A stretch of 64,000 nt of DNA, from contig JAWLGI010000008.1 of the NCBI GenBank assembly GCA_041685125.1, positions 3,415 to 67,414 of the forward strand, read 5' to 3'. The stretch comes from Marivita sp. GTDB lineage: Bacteria > Pseudomonadota > Alphaproteobacteria > Rhodobacterales > Rhodobacteraceae. Of the stretch, positions 38,801 through 48,144 are shown one piece after another. Position 1 is the stretch's first letter, and every line of letters starts with the position of its first letter. The notes below the pieces were generated by a model, which had not been told where the DNA came from, made no database searches, and was given only the letters and a program-made list of their open reading frames with translations. A program made the translations under genes and the position numbers.

Positions 38801-41800
38801 GTGCGTTTTTCCAAACTTCGTTTGACAGGGTTCAAAAGCTTTGTTGACCCGACCGACCTGGTCATCGCCGATGGCCTGACCGGCGTTGTCGGGCCGAACG
38901 GCTGCGGCAAATCCAACCTGCTCGAGGCGTTGCGCTGGGTGATGGGCGAAAACCGCCCGACCGCGATGCGCGGCGGCGGCATGGAAGACGTGATCTTCGC
39001 CGGCGCCGCCACGCGCCCCGCCCGAAACTATGCCGAGGTGTCGATCCATATCGACAATGCGGACCGGCTCGCCCCGGCAGGGTTCAACGATCACGATCAG
39101 ATCGACATCGTGCGCCGCATCACCCGCGACGCCGGCAGCGCGTTCAAGACCAATGGAAAGGACACGCGCGCACGCGACGTGCAGATGCTCTTTGCCGACG
39201 CCTCCACCGGGTCGCATTCCCCGGCCCTCGTGCGGCAGGGCCAGATCAGCGAACTGATCAACGCCAAACCCAAGAACCGCCGCCGCATCCTTGAAGAGGC
39301 GGCCGGCATTTCCGGTCTCTACCAGCGGCGTCACGAGGCGGAACTGAAGCTCAAGAGCACCGAGGCAAACCTTCTGCGTGTCGATGACGTGATCGAACAG
39401 CTTGCCGCGCAATTGGCACAGCTGGCGCGGCAAGCGAAACAGGCCGCCCGCTACCGCGCCATCGGCGAAGAGCTGCGCCATGCCGAGGGTCTGCTGCTCT
39501 ATCGCCGCTGGAAAGACGCCGATACCAGCCGCGCCGACGCCGATGCGCAATTGCGCGAGCGGACGACGGCGGCGGCCAAGGCCGAAACCGCCGCGCGCGA
39601 CGCAACCCGGGCGCGCGAACAGGCGGATGAAGCACTGCCGCCCCGGCGCGAGGAAGCCGCCATCGCCGCCGCCATCGTGCAGCGCCTGACGCTGCAGCGC
39701 GACACGCTCTCCGAGCAGGAACGCCGCGCCGAGGAGACGATCCGGAACCTCACCCGCCGCATCGAGCAGATGACCATGGACATGGAGCGCGAAAGCGGCC
39801 TCAACCGGGATGCCGGCGAGACAATCCAGCAATTGGAATGGGAGGCGCGCGAACTTGAAAAGGCGGCCCAAGGCCATGACGACAAGATCGCCGCAGCATC
39901 ACAGGCCGCATCAGAGGCGGGCGCAATCCTGCAAGCCCGCGAAGCCGATCTGAGCCAGAAGACCGAAGATGTCGCCCGCCTCGCGGCGCGGCATCAATCG
40001 GCGCACCGCCTTCTGTCGGACGCGCGCAAGACGCTGGACCGGAACGAGTCCGAAACCACCCGCGCCCGCGCGGCGATGACCGCGGCGACACAGGCGCTCA
40101 CCGCGGCCAAAACCGCCGCAGAACAGGCCCAGGAGGAGCAGACCGCCGCAGGCGATCTGGCCGAACGCGCCGATCAGGTCCTGACCGAAGCGGAAGCCGC
40201 CCGCGCCGATACGCAATCGCTCGAAGCCGACGCCCGCGCCACCCGGTCCGAAGCCGAAGGCGAGATGAGCGCGCTGTCTGCCGAAACCACCGCGCTGGCC
40301 CGCCTGCTGGACCGCGACACCGCCGAGGGGGGGCAAATCCTTGACCGGCTGCAAGTCGAACAGGGCTTCGAAAAGGCGCTTGGCGCCGCCTTGGCCGACG
40401 ATCTGCGCGCGCCCGAGGTCGATGGTGACGGCCCGACCGGCTGGACCATTCTGCCCGCCTATGACACCGATCAACCGTTGCCCGATGGCGTCACGCCGCT
40501 CACCCACCACGTCTCGGTCCCCGAAGTGCTGGAACGCCGCATGGCGCAGATCGGCCTTGCCGATGCAGACGATGCCGCGCGGCTGCAACCGCTCCTGAAA
40601 CCGGGTCAGCGGCTGGTCAGCGTCGAAGGCGATCTCTGGCGCTGGGACGGCTATCGCGCCTGGGCCGAAGACGCCCCATCGGCGGCGGCGCTGCGGCTTG
40701 AACAGCTCAACCGCCTGGAAGCGCTGAAGCAGGAAACCGCGCGCGCGTCGGCACGCGCCGAGGGCGCCCGCGATGCGCATGACACCCTGACAGACCGTCT
40801 TGCCAGCCTCACCGAGGCCGAGAAAGCCGCCCGTCAGGCCCGCCGCGATGCCGACGCCGCCGTCACGGATGCCGCGCGCAAACTCTCCCGCGCCGAGGCC
40901 GACCGCGACATGGCCGAAGGCAAGCTCGAAAGCCTCAGCCTTACCCTGTCGCGCCATGAGGACGAGGCGACCACCGCGCGCGCGCAACTGACCGAGGCGC
41001 AGCGCGCGGTGGCCGATCTCGAAGATCTGGACGCCGCGCGCGCCGAAGTCGAGGACCTGAGGATGACGGTCGAGGCAGCGCGCATGACCATGATGGCCCG
41101 CCGCTCCGAAAAGGACGAGCTGCGCCGCGAGGGTGACGCCCGCAAGGCCCGGTCGCAGCAAGTGACAAAGGATCTCAGCGGGTGGCGGCACCGGCTCGAG
41201 ACGGCAGAAAAGCGCAGCGCCGAACTCGCCGAACGCCGCGCCGCCGCGCAGTCCGAACTTGATGCCGCCTCTGGCACACCTGCCGACCTCGCCGCGCAGC
41301 GCGACAGCCTGGGTCACGAGATCACACAGGCCGAAGCGCGCAAGGCCGCCGCGGACGACGCCCTTTCCGCTGCCGAAGGCACCCTGCGCCACGCCGATCA
41401 GGCCGAACGCGAGGCCGAACGCTCCGCCTCGGAGGCGCGCGAGGCCCGCGCCCGGTCCGAAGCCCATGCCGAAGCCGCACGCGAAGCCGTGATCGCCGCC
41501 GCGGAACGTATCGCGGACGAACAGGACACCAGCCCCACCGCGCTCCTGCAAAAGCTCGGGGCCGATCCCGACGCGCTGCCCAAGGCCGAGGCGATCGACA
41601 GCGACGTGAACCGCCTCAAGCGTCAACGCGACGCGCTGGGTGCGGTCAACCTGCGCGCCGAGGAAGACGCCCGCGAGGTCCAGGAGGAGCACGATTCCCT
41701 TCTGTCCGAGAAGGAGGATCTCGAAGAGGCGGTCAAAACCCTGCGTTCGGGCATCGCGTCGCTCAATCGCGAAGGCCGTGAACGGCTGCTGACCGCGTTC

Positions 41801-42256
41801 GAGCAGGTGAACAACAACTTTTCCCTGCTCTTCACGCATCTGTTTGCCGGGGGCGAGGCCAATCTGGTCATGGTCGAAAGTGACGACCCCTTGGAGGCCG
41901 GGCTGGAGATCATGTGCCAGCCGCCGGGCAAGAAACTGTCGACCCTGTCCCTGCTGTCAGGCGGCGAACAGACCCTCACGGCGCTGGCGCTGATCTTTGC
42001 CGTCTTTCTGGCCAACCCCGCCCCGATTTGCGTTCTGGACGAGGTCGATGCGCCGCTCGATGATGCCAATGTCACGCGTTTCTGCGACCTGCTCGACGAG
42101 ATGTGCCGCCGCACCGAAACCCGCTTTCTGATCATCACGCACCACGCTGTCACCATGTCGCGCATGGATCGGCTCTTTGGCGTCACGATGCAGGAACAAG
42201 GGGTGAGCCAGCTTGTGTCCGTCGATCTGAACAAGGCCGAAAAGCTGGTCGCGTAA
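38801..42256 (+). CDS. smc: Chromosome segregation protein SMC
   Basis: GFKSF, GPNGCGKSN, long coiled coils with hinge, LSGGE, LDEVDAPLD. Confidence 0.98.
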   Translation: MRFSKLRLTGFKSFVDPTDLVIADGLTGVVGPNGCGKSNLLEALRWVMGENRPTAMRGGGMEDVIFAGAATRPARNYAEVSIHIDNADRLAPAGFNDHDQIDIVRRITRDAGSAFKTNGKDTRARDVQMLFADASTGSHSPALVRQGQISELINAKPKNRRRILEEAAGISGLYQRRHEAELKLKSTEANLLRVDDVIEQLAAQLAQLARQAKQAARYRAIGEELRHAEGLLLYRRWKDADTSRADADAQLRERTTAAAKAETAARDATRAREQADEALPPRREEAAIAAAIVQRLTLQRDTLSEQERRAEETIRNLTRRIEQMTMDMERESGLNRDAGETIQQLEWEARELEKAAQGHDDKIAAASQAASEAGAILQAREADLSQKTEDVARLAARHQSAHRLLSDARKTLDRNESETTRARAAMTAATQALTAAKTAAEQAQEEQTAAGDLAERADQVLTEAEAARADTQSLEADARATRSEAEGEMSALSAETTALARLLDRDTAEGGQILDRLQVEQGFEKALGAALADDLRAPEVDGDGPTGWTILPAYDTDQPLPDGVTPLTHHVSVPEVLERRMAQIGLADADDAARLQPLLKPGQRLVSVEGDLWRWDGYRAWAEDAPSAAALRLEQLNRLEALKQETARASARAEGARDAHDTLTDRLASLTEAEKAARQARRDADAAVTDAARKLSRAEADRDMAEGKLESLSLTLSRHEDEATTARAQLTEAQRAVADLEDLDAARAEVEDLRMTVEAARMTMMARRSEKDELRREGDARKARSQQVTKDLSGWRHRLETAEKRSAELAERRAAAQSELDAASGTPADLAAQRDSLGHEITQAEARKAAADDALSAAEGTLRHADQAEREAERSASEAREARARSEAHAEAAREAVIAAAERIADEQDTSPTALLQKLGADPDALPKAEAIDSDVNRLKRQRDALGAVNLRAEEDAREVQEEHDSLLSEKEDLEEAVKTLRSGIASLNREGRERLLTAFEQVNNNFSLLFTHLFAGGEANLVMVESDDPLEAGLEIMCQPPGKKLSTLSLLSGGEQTLTALALIFAVFLANPAPICVLDEVDAPLDDANVTRFCDLLDEMCRRTETRFLIITHHAVTMSRMDRLFGVTMQEQGVSQLVSVDLNKAEKLVA

Positions 42257-42378
42257 TCCTGTCTCGGCGCGGGCGGTGGATTTTTCTTGGGGCTTTGGCC
42301 GGTCCAGATACCGGGTCAAACCTTTACAGATCGTAAAGACGGCCCCGTAACCCATTGAAATCATTTGGCCGGCAGGCT

Positions 42379-42399
42379 GTCCCACGCATGGGACGCTAC
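42379..42399 (-). repeat. GTAG-type REP-like hairpin
   Basis: Minus strand GTAGC-GTCCCA-TGCG-TGGGAC; its TAG is the stop of the upstream small gene. Confidence 0.45.
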
Positions 42400-42653
42400 C
42401 GCCGCCGGTCCCGCACCGCGCCGCGCCAATGGGTCGGCACGATGATCAGCGCCCCCAGGGAAGACACGATCGCGTTCAGTCCGGGCGATCCGAACCCGAT
42501 CCCGAACATGATCCGCACGAAATAGGCCACGAAGGCGCCGCCCACGCAGATGATGATGCTCTGAAGGATCCCATTCTTGGTGAACCCAGTCTTCTCCGAG
42601 ACATATCCGACGATCCCCGCGATCACGACGGTGCCCATCAAGATCATGAACAT
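42396..42653 (-). CDS. Small Gly-rich membrane protein (GlsB/YeaQ/YmgE-like)
   Basis: 85 aa, three hydrophobic helices; overlaps the fmt stop; SD GGAGA. Confidence 0.65.
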   Translation of the reverse strand: MFMILMGTVVIAGIVGYVSEKTGFTKNGILQSIIICVGGAFVAYFVRIMFGIGFGSPGLNAIVSSLGALIIVPTHWRGAVRDRRR

Positions 42654-43567
42654 GATGTCTCTCCCAAACGGGTCCCTTCCGGAACCGGCAATCCATGCAG
42701 GAAATCAGCCGCATCCTGCGCGCCCTTGCCGGCCCGTTGCGCCCGGCTGATCCGGACCGCGCCCTGCCCGCAAGCGATCGTGAAGCGATCGTCCAGCGCC
42801 GTTCCCACGGGTCCCGAGCCGTCGACCACGCAGCTCCCCAGGAGTTTGACACGGTCGCTGCCGATCAGGGTCCACGCCCCCGGGGAGGGCGACAGCCCGC
42901 GGATCAGGCGGTCCACCTCGGTCGCAGGGCGGGACCAGTCGATCCGGGCCTCGGATTTGTCGATCTTGTCGGCATAGGTGATGCCCTCGGCAGGCTGTTG
43001 GCTTGGGATGAGCCCGCCCGGATTTTCCAGCGCCTGCACGATCAGATCGGCGCCCAGGCCGCTCAACCGGTCATGCAGCGACCCGGTTGTCTCTGTCGCG
43101 CCGATCGGGGTCGCGGCCCGCAGCAGGACCGGGCCGGTGTCCAGCCCCGCCTCCATCTGCATGATGCACACCCCGGTCTCGGCATCCCCGGCCATGACCG
43201 CCCGATGGATCGGCGCGGCCCCCCGCCAGCGCGGCAGGAGCGAGGCGTGGATGTTGAGGCACCCATGCCGTGGCGCATCCAGGATCGGTTGCGGCAGGAT
43301 CAACCCATAGGCCACCACCACCGCGACATCCGCCGCAAGCGCGGCGAAGTCCCGTTGGGCGTCCTCGTTGCGCAGGCTCGTCGGGTGCCGCACATCAAAC
43401 CCCAACGCCTCTGCCCGCGCGTGGACGGGGGTGGGCCGGTCCTTCCGGCCCCGGCCGGCGGGACGCGGCGGCTGGCAATAAACGGCGGCGATCTCGTGAC
43501 CCGCCTCGACCAGCGCGTCGAGAACGGGAACCGAGAAATCCGGGGTGCCCATGAAGACGATCCGCAT
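42644..43567 (-). CDS. fmt: Methionyl-tRNA formyltransferase
   Basis: [31 protein letters not shown]. Confidence 0.98.
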   Translation of the reverse strand: MRIVFMGTPDFSVPVLDALVEAGHEIAAVYCQPPRPAGRGRKDRPTPVHARAEALGFDVRHPTSLRNEDAQRDFAALAADVAVVVAYGLILPQPILDAPRHGCLNIHASLLPRWRGAAPIHRAVMAGDAETGVCIMQMEAGLDTGPVLLRAATPIGATETTGSLHDRLSGLGADLIVQALENPGGLIPSQQPAEGITYADKIDKSEARIDWSRPATEVDRLIRGLSPSPGAWTLIGSDRVKLLGSCVVDGSGPVGTALDDRFTIACGQGAVRISRAQRAGKGAQDAADFLHGLPVPEGTRLGETSCS

Positions 43568-43570
43568 AGC

Positions 43571-44068
43571 CTATCCCTTCCGTTTCCGTGCGCGCCGCAA
43601 GAGCATATCGCGCTTGGGGCGGCTCAGGTGATCGAAATACATCCGACCGTTCAAATGGTCGATCTGGTGCTGCACCGACGTGGCCCAAAGGCCGACGAAA
43701 TCCTGGTCCTGAACAGTCCCGTCCGACCCTATGAAGCGGACGGTCACGGCGCGGGGCCGGTCTATGGTGGCGGACACGCCGGGCAGGTTGGGGCTGGCCT
43801 CTTCGTGGCTGCGCAATTGGCCCGAGGCGTGCAGGATCTCGGGGTTGGCCATGCGCACCGCCTTGCCACGCTCCTGGGAGGCATCGACCACGGCGAGCCG
43901 CTGCATCACGCCGATCTGCGGCGCGGCAAGGCCGACACCGGGCATTGCCTCCATCGTGTCTATCATCTCGTCCCAGATCGCGCGGATCTCGTCGGTGATC
44001 CTGTCCACCGGGTCCGCTGGCATGCGCAGGCATTTGTTCGGCCATGGCAGGCAGCGGCGCGCAGTCAT
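43571..44068 (-). CDS. def: Peptide deformylase-like protein with degenerate active site
   Basis: GVGLAAPQ intact; EASPN replaces EGCLS; HQIDH replaces HExDH. Confidence 0.88.
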   Translation of the reverse strand: MTARRCLPWPNKCLRMPADPVDRITDEIRAIWDEMIDTMEAMPGVGLAAPQIGVMQRLAVVDASQERGKAVRMANPEILHASGQLRSHEEASPNLPGVSATIDRPRAVTVRFIGSDGTVQDQDFVGLWATSVQHQIDHLNGRMYFDHLSRPKRDMLLRRARKRKG

Positions 44069-44562
44069 GCGAGGGCCGTGTAGCGGGCTTCGACCTCGGA
44101 CCGTGCATCGAGGTCAAGCCGATCAAGGATCACCGTTCCGTTCAAGTGGTCCAGTTCGTGCTGCGCGCAGGTCGCAGCAAAGCCGGTCAGCGCGGTTTCG
44201 TGGCGGGTGCCGTCAAGGTCGGTATAGGCCAAGGTGATCTCGGTCGGGCGCGTGACTTGGGCGGACACGCCGGGGATCGACAGGCAAGCCTCGGTTGCCT
44301 CGGCGGTTGCTGTGCCGGTCGTCAGGATTTCGGGGTTGATGCAGACATAGGGCGTGCGCGTGCCTTCTTTCCATGTCGGGTCCATCACGAAAACACGCTG
44401 CATCACGCCGACCTGCGGCGCGGCGAGCCCGCGACCGGGGGCGTCATACATTGTGTCGAACATGTCCTGCACCAGATCGCGCAGGGCCATCGGGTCCATG
44501 ACAGGCGTGCAGACCTCGGACAGCCCAGGGTCAGGCCATTTGACGATTTGCAGAACACTCAT
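44065..44562 (-). CDS. def: Peptide deformylase paralog
   Basis: GRGLAAPQ, EACLS, QHELDHLNG. Confidence 0.92.
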   Translation of the reverse strand: MSVLQIVKWPDPGLSEVCTPVMDPMALRDLVQDMFDTMYDAPGRGLAAPQVGVMQRVFVMDPTWKEGTRTPYVCINPEILTTGTATAEATEACLSIPGVSAQVTRPTEITLAYTDLDGTRHETALTGFAATCAQHELDHLNGTVILDRLDLDARSEVEARYTALA

Positions 44563-45077
44563 GCCCGCGCCTTTTCACGCTTGAGTTTGACCATCTTGCG
44601 CGTGATCATCTGGCGCTTCAGTGGCTTGAGGTAGTCGATGAAGAGCTTGCCGTTCAGGTGGTCAATCTCGTGCTGCACACATGTAGACCAGAGACCGTCA
44701 AACTCTTCCTCGCGCGGCGTGCCTGTTTCGTCCAGCCACGCCACCTTGACGGATTCGGGCCGGGTGACATCGGCGAATTGATCGGGGATCGACAGGCAGC
44801 CTTCTTCGTAGACATTGGTGTCGTCCGAGGAGGACAGTATTTCGGGATTGAACATCACCAGCGGGCGCGCCTTTTCGTTTTCGTCCTTCACGCAGTCCAG
44901 CACGATCAGACGCGACATCACGCCGACCTGCGGTGCGGCAAGACCGATGCCCGGCGCGTCATACATGGTTTCGAGCATGTTATTGGCCAGCGCGCGCAGA
45001 TCGTCCGTCAGGTCGGGCACGGGTGCACAGGTCTTTTTCAGACGCGGGTCCGGATGGAGGATGATCGGCAATTTCAT
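44559..45077 (-). CDS. def: Peptide deformylase (canonical)
   Basis: GIGLAAPQ, EGCLS, QHEIDHLNG. Confidence 0.97.
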   Translation of the reverse strand: MKLPIILHPDPRLKKTCAPVPDLTDDLRALANNMLETMYDAPGIGLAAPQVGVMSRLIVLDCVKDENEKARPLVMFNPEILSSSDDTNVYEEGCLSIPDQFADVTRPESVKVAWLDETGTPREEEFDGLWSTCVQHEIDHLNGKLFIDYLKPLKRQMITRKMVKLKREKARA

Positions 45078-45084
45078 GGCAGTG

Positions 45085-45113
45085 ATCTAGGCAATCCCCG
45101 TGCCAAGGGCAAG
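45085..45113 (-). promoter_or_regulatory. RpoH-type promoter for the def operon, probably leaderless
   Basis: Minus strand CTTG-N18-CCTAGAT ending 7 nt before ATG; no SD. Confidence 0.55.
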
Positions 45114-45182
45114 TGACCGGGGCTTGCACCTGACGTTCACTGGGGTAGCGTCGCGCAAAATCCCAACCGAGCGGAGCAGGAC

Positions 45183-46361
45183 ATGCGTGATATCTTCAAC
45201 ACCCCCAACGATCGGCGCGGCACACATAGTGCCAAATGGGATTTGCTTGAAAGCCAGTTCGACGTGCACGCGGAAGACGGCCTCGCGATGTGGACCGCCG
45301 ACAGCGATTATCCGACCGCACCCTGCGTGCTGGCGGCGCTGCAAGAGGCGGTGGATCACGGCGTGTTCGGCTATTTCGCGGATTTCGATGCCTATCACGC
45401 GGCGATCCAATGGTGGATGAGAACGCGGCACCGCTGGGAGATCGACACCGATTGGATCCTGACCTCACAGGGGCTCGGCAACGCGATCGCGCTTTGCATC
45501 GACGTCTGGACCGATCCCGGCGACCGCGTCGTCACTTTCAATCCGGTCTATCACGAGTTCGAATGGAAGGTCCGCCGTGCCGGGCGGACGCCGGTGCAAT
45601 GCGAGATGCCGCTTGACGGCGACACCTATCGGATCGATTTCGAGGCGGCGCAGGCGCAATTGGACGGCACCGAGAAACTGCTGATCTTCTGTTCGCCGCA
45701 GAACCCCTCGGGGCGCATCTGGACCGCCGAGGAACTCCGCCAGGTGGCCGAGTTTGCCGCGCGCAACGACCTCATCGTGATCGCGGACGAGATCCACCAC
45801 GATTTCATCTATCCCGGGCAGACATTCGTGCCGTTCGATGTGGCCGTGCCAGAGGCGCGGGCGCGGTTGGTGGTTCTCACGGCATCGTCCAAGACCTTCA
45901 ACATCGCCGGGCAAAAGACCGGCAACATGATCATTCCCGATACCAAACTGCGCGAGTTGATGGTCCAGCGCTTGCGGTCGCTCGACTATTCGCCGAACGC
46001 CTTGGGGATCAAGATGGTGACCGCCGCCTATTCGCCCGAGGGCGCGGAATGGGTGGATGCGCAGATCGACCATCTGATCGAGAACCGGCGCATTTTCGAC
46101 GAGGCCGTCAACGCCATTCCCGGTGTGCGATCCTTGCCGCTTGCCTCAACTTACCTGGCGTGGGTCGATTTTTCCGGCACAGGCATGAGTTTCGAGGAGA
46201 TCAGCCGCCGTGTGCGCAAGGATGCCCGCATCGCCCCCAGTCCGGGTCCGGAATTCGGACCCGGCGGTGAGACTTTTTTGCGTTTCAATCTTGCCACTCA
46301 GACATATCGCGTGGAGGACGCAGCAGCCCGGCTGCAGGCGGCGTTCACCGATTTGCAATAA
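45183..46361 (+). CDS. MalY/PatB family PLP enzyme (cystathionine beta-lyase-like)
   Basis: MWTADSDY, CSPQNPSGR, ADEIH, SKTFNIAG, YLAWVD. Confidence 0.9.
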   Translation: MRDIFNTPNDRRGTHSAKWDLLESQFDVHAEDGLAMWTADSDYPTAPCVLAALQEAVDHGVFGYFADFDAYHAAIQWWMRTRHRWEIDTDWILTSQGLGNAIALCIDVWTDPGDRVVTFNPVYHEFEWKVRRAGRTPVQCEMPLDGDTYRIDFEAAQAQLDGTEKLLIFCSPQNPSGRIWTAEELRQVAEFAARNDLIVIADEIHHDFIYPGQTFVPFDVAVPEARARLVVLTASSKTFNIAGQKTGNMIIPDTKLRELMVQRLRSLDYSPNALGIKMVTAAYSPEGAEWVDAQIDHLIENRRIFDEAVNAIPGVRSLPLASTYLAWVDFSGTGMSFEEISRRVRKDARIAPSPGPEFGPGGETFLRFNLATQTYRVEDAAARLQAAFTDLQ

Positions 46362-46441
46362 GGTCAGTGGCGCGGCTGGCGACCAATACGGTGGCCAGCG
46401 CTCCGGTCAGCCCCCCGGATCATCGAGCAGCGCGATCAGGG

Positions 46442-46903
46442 TCACGCAGCGCCTTTCTTGAACGGCTTCATGCCCTCGCGCGCCAGTTCATCGGCGCGTT
46501 CGTTCTCGGGGTGGCCTGCGTGCCCTTTGACCCATTCCCAGGTCACGTCATGGCGCTGTTGCGCGTCGTCCAGCCGCTGCCACAGCTCGACATTCTTGAC
46601 CGGTTTCTTGTTCGCCGTTTTCCAGCCATTGCGTTTCCAGCCGTGGATCCAGCCGGTCACGCCGTTCTTCACATAGGCGCTATCGGTGATGATGGTCAGC
46701 GAAGATGGACGCGCCAGCGTTTCCAGAGCATGGATCGCCGCCAGCAGTTCCATGCGGTTGTTGGTGGTGTTCGCCTCACCGCCTGACAGGGTGCGTTCCT
46801 TGACGACCGCCTCGCCGTCCTTGGCCTGCATCAGCACGCCCCAGCCTCCGGGTCCGGGGTTTCCGGAACAGGCTCCGTCGGTATAGGCGTAAAGGTCAGG
46901 CAT
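46442..46903 (-). CDS. rnhA: Ribonuclease HI
   Basis: [37 protein letters not shown]. Confidence 0.99.
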   Translation of the reverse strand: MPDLYAYTDGACSGNPGPGGWGVLMQAKDGEAVVKERTLSGGEANTTNNRMELLAAIHALETLARPSSLTIITDSAYVKNGVTGWIHGWKRNGWKTANKKPVKNVELWQRLDDAQQRHDVTWEWVKGHAGHPENERADELAREGMKPFKKGAA

Positions 46904-47486
46904 GGGCGGTGACGGATATCCAGTTTTCTTCGCTACCGCCTAGCCCTTTGTCGCGCCCGCGTCGAGTGGGGCCGACGGTAAATCCCGCAGCTTGCAGCAG
47001 CGTCGTGAGGTCGGGTTCGGTGTAGTAGCAGTAGTGGCGCCCCAGACTGTCGCGCCCCTCGCCGTTGCCTTCCTTGACGGCGATGTGGAACAGGCCACCG
47101 GGTTTCAATGCCTGATGGATGGCGTCCAGGTGGCGCGGCATGTCGACGCGCAGGGCGTGCAGCAGGCTGAAATTGGCCCAGACGCCATCGTAGATTGCGG
47201 TGCCTGTCAGGTCGTCGAAGGTCGCTTGCCACGCGGTGACGCCGTCGATCTGCCCGGCAAGCGCGATCATCCGCGACGATGCATCCACCGCGTCGACGGC
47301 GCACCCGGCCCGCGCCATGTGCCGCGCGGATGTGCCGGGACCGCAGCCGAGGTCGAGCACTTTTGCACCGAGCGGCAAGGCGGCGATGAAGGCGGACAGG
47401 GTCGCGCTGGGTGTGTCCGATGGATCCAGCTTGGCGTAATCCCCCGCGCGGGCATCGTAGACAGCGATCGTGTCGCGGTCGGTCAT
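46896..47486 (-). CDS. Class I SAM-dependent methyltransferase
   Basis: [26 protein letters not shown]. Confidence 0.9.
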   Translation of the reverse strand: MTDRDTIAVYDARAGDYAKLDPSDTPSATLSAFIAALPLGAKVLDLGCGPGTSARHMARAGCAVDAVDASSRMIALAGQIDGVTAWQATFDDLTGTAIYDGVWANFSLLHALRVDMPRHLDAIHQALKPGGLFHIAVKEGNGEGRDSLGRHYCYYTEPDLTTLLQAAGFTVGPTRRGRDKGLGGSEENWISVTAHA

Positions 47487-47935
47487 CGGAAGACCCCGAC
47501 CGACAGGCAGGCCACCACCAGCACGGTCAGCAGCACCCGCAGCTGCATCCACCATTTCGGAGCAAGACCCCATTGCCAGAACGCGAAATCAAGGATCAGC
47601 AGGCCCAGAAACCCGAAGATCAGGTTGGTGCCGGCAGAGACCGGTCCGCCGCCCGCCATGAAGAACGCCCAGAGTGCCGGGATCACCGACAGTGCATAGC
47701 CCGTCGCCGCACGCCCGCCTTCTGCCTTGGTGGCAAAGCCCCAAAGCACGCCCGACATGAAGCCGAGGATCACCATGCCGTAGCTGAGCTGCACATAGGG
47801 TCCGATGAACCGGGGGCCAAGCGTGTCGAGCCCCCATTGCGCCGCTGCATCGGACAGCAAGGTCAGCGCGCCCCAGGCAAAGGGGATCACGCCGGCAAGG
47901 CCGAGGATCAGGGCAGAGCGGGGAATTCGGGTCAT
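47483..47935 (-). CDS. DUF3429 family membrane protein
   Basis: LGLAGVIPF, YGMVILGFMSGVLWG, PKWWMQLR. Confidence 0.82.
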   Translation of the reverse strand: MTRIPRSALILGLAGVIPFAWGALTLLSDAAAQWGLDTLGPRFIGPYVQLSYGMVILGFMSGVLWGFATKAEGGRAATGYALSVIPALWAFFMAGGGPVSAGTNLIFGFLGLLILDFAFWQWGLAPKWWMQLRVLLTVLVVACLSVGVFR

Positions 47936-48144
47936 GGCGGGTCCGTCGTTTTGTGGTGTTGCGCGACCTAGCTCAGCTTGTGTCAGTTGCCAACAAGACG
48001 ATTGCGGCATGTGACCGGGATTGCGACCGGTGCATGGCGGATCCGCGCTGGTTGAGCCCCGATGACGCTATACATTTGCCTGTCAATGATCTACACGCGC
48101 GTTTTGGCCCAATGGTGGGCCGCCCTTACATAAAGACGACTCCC

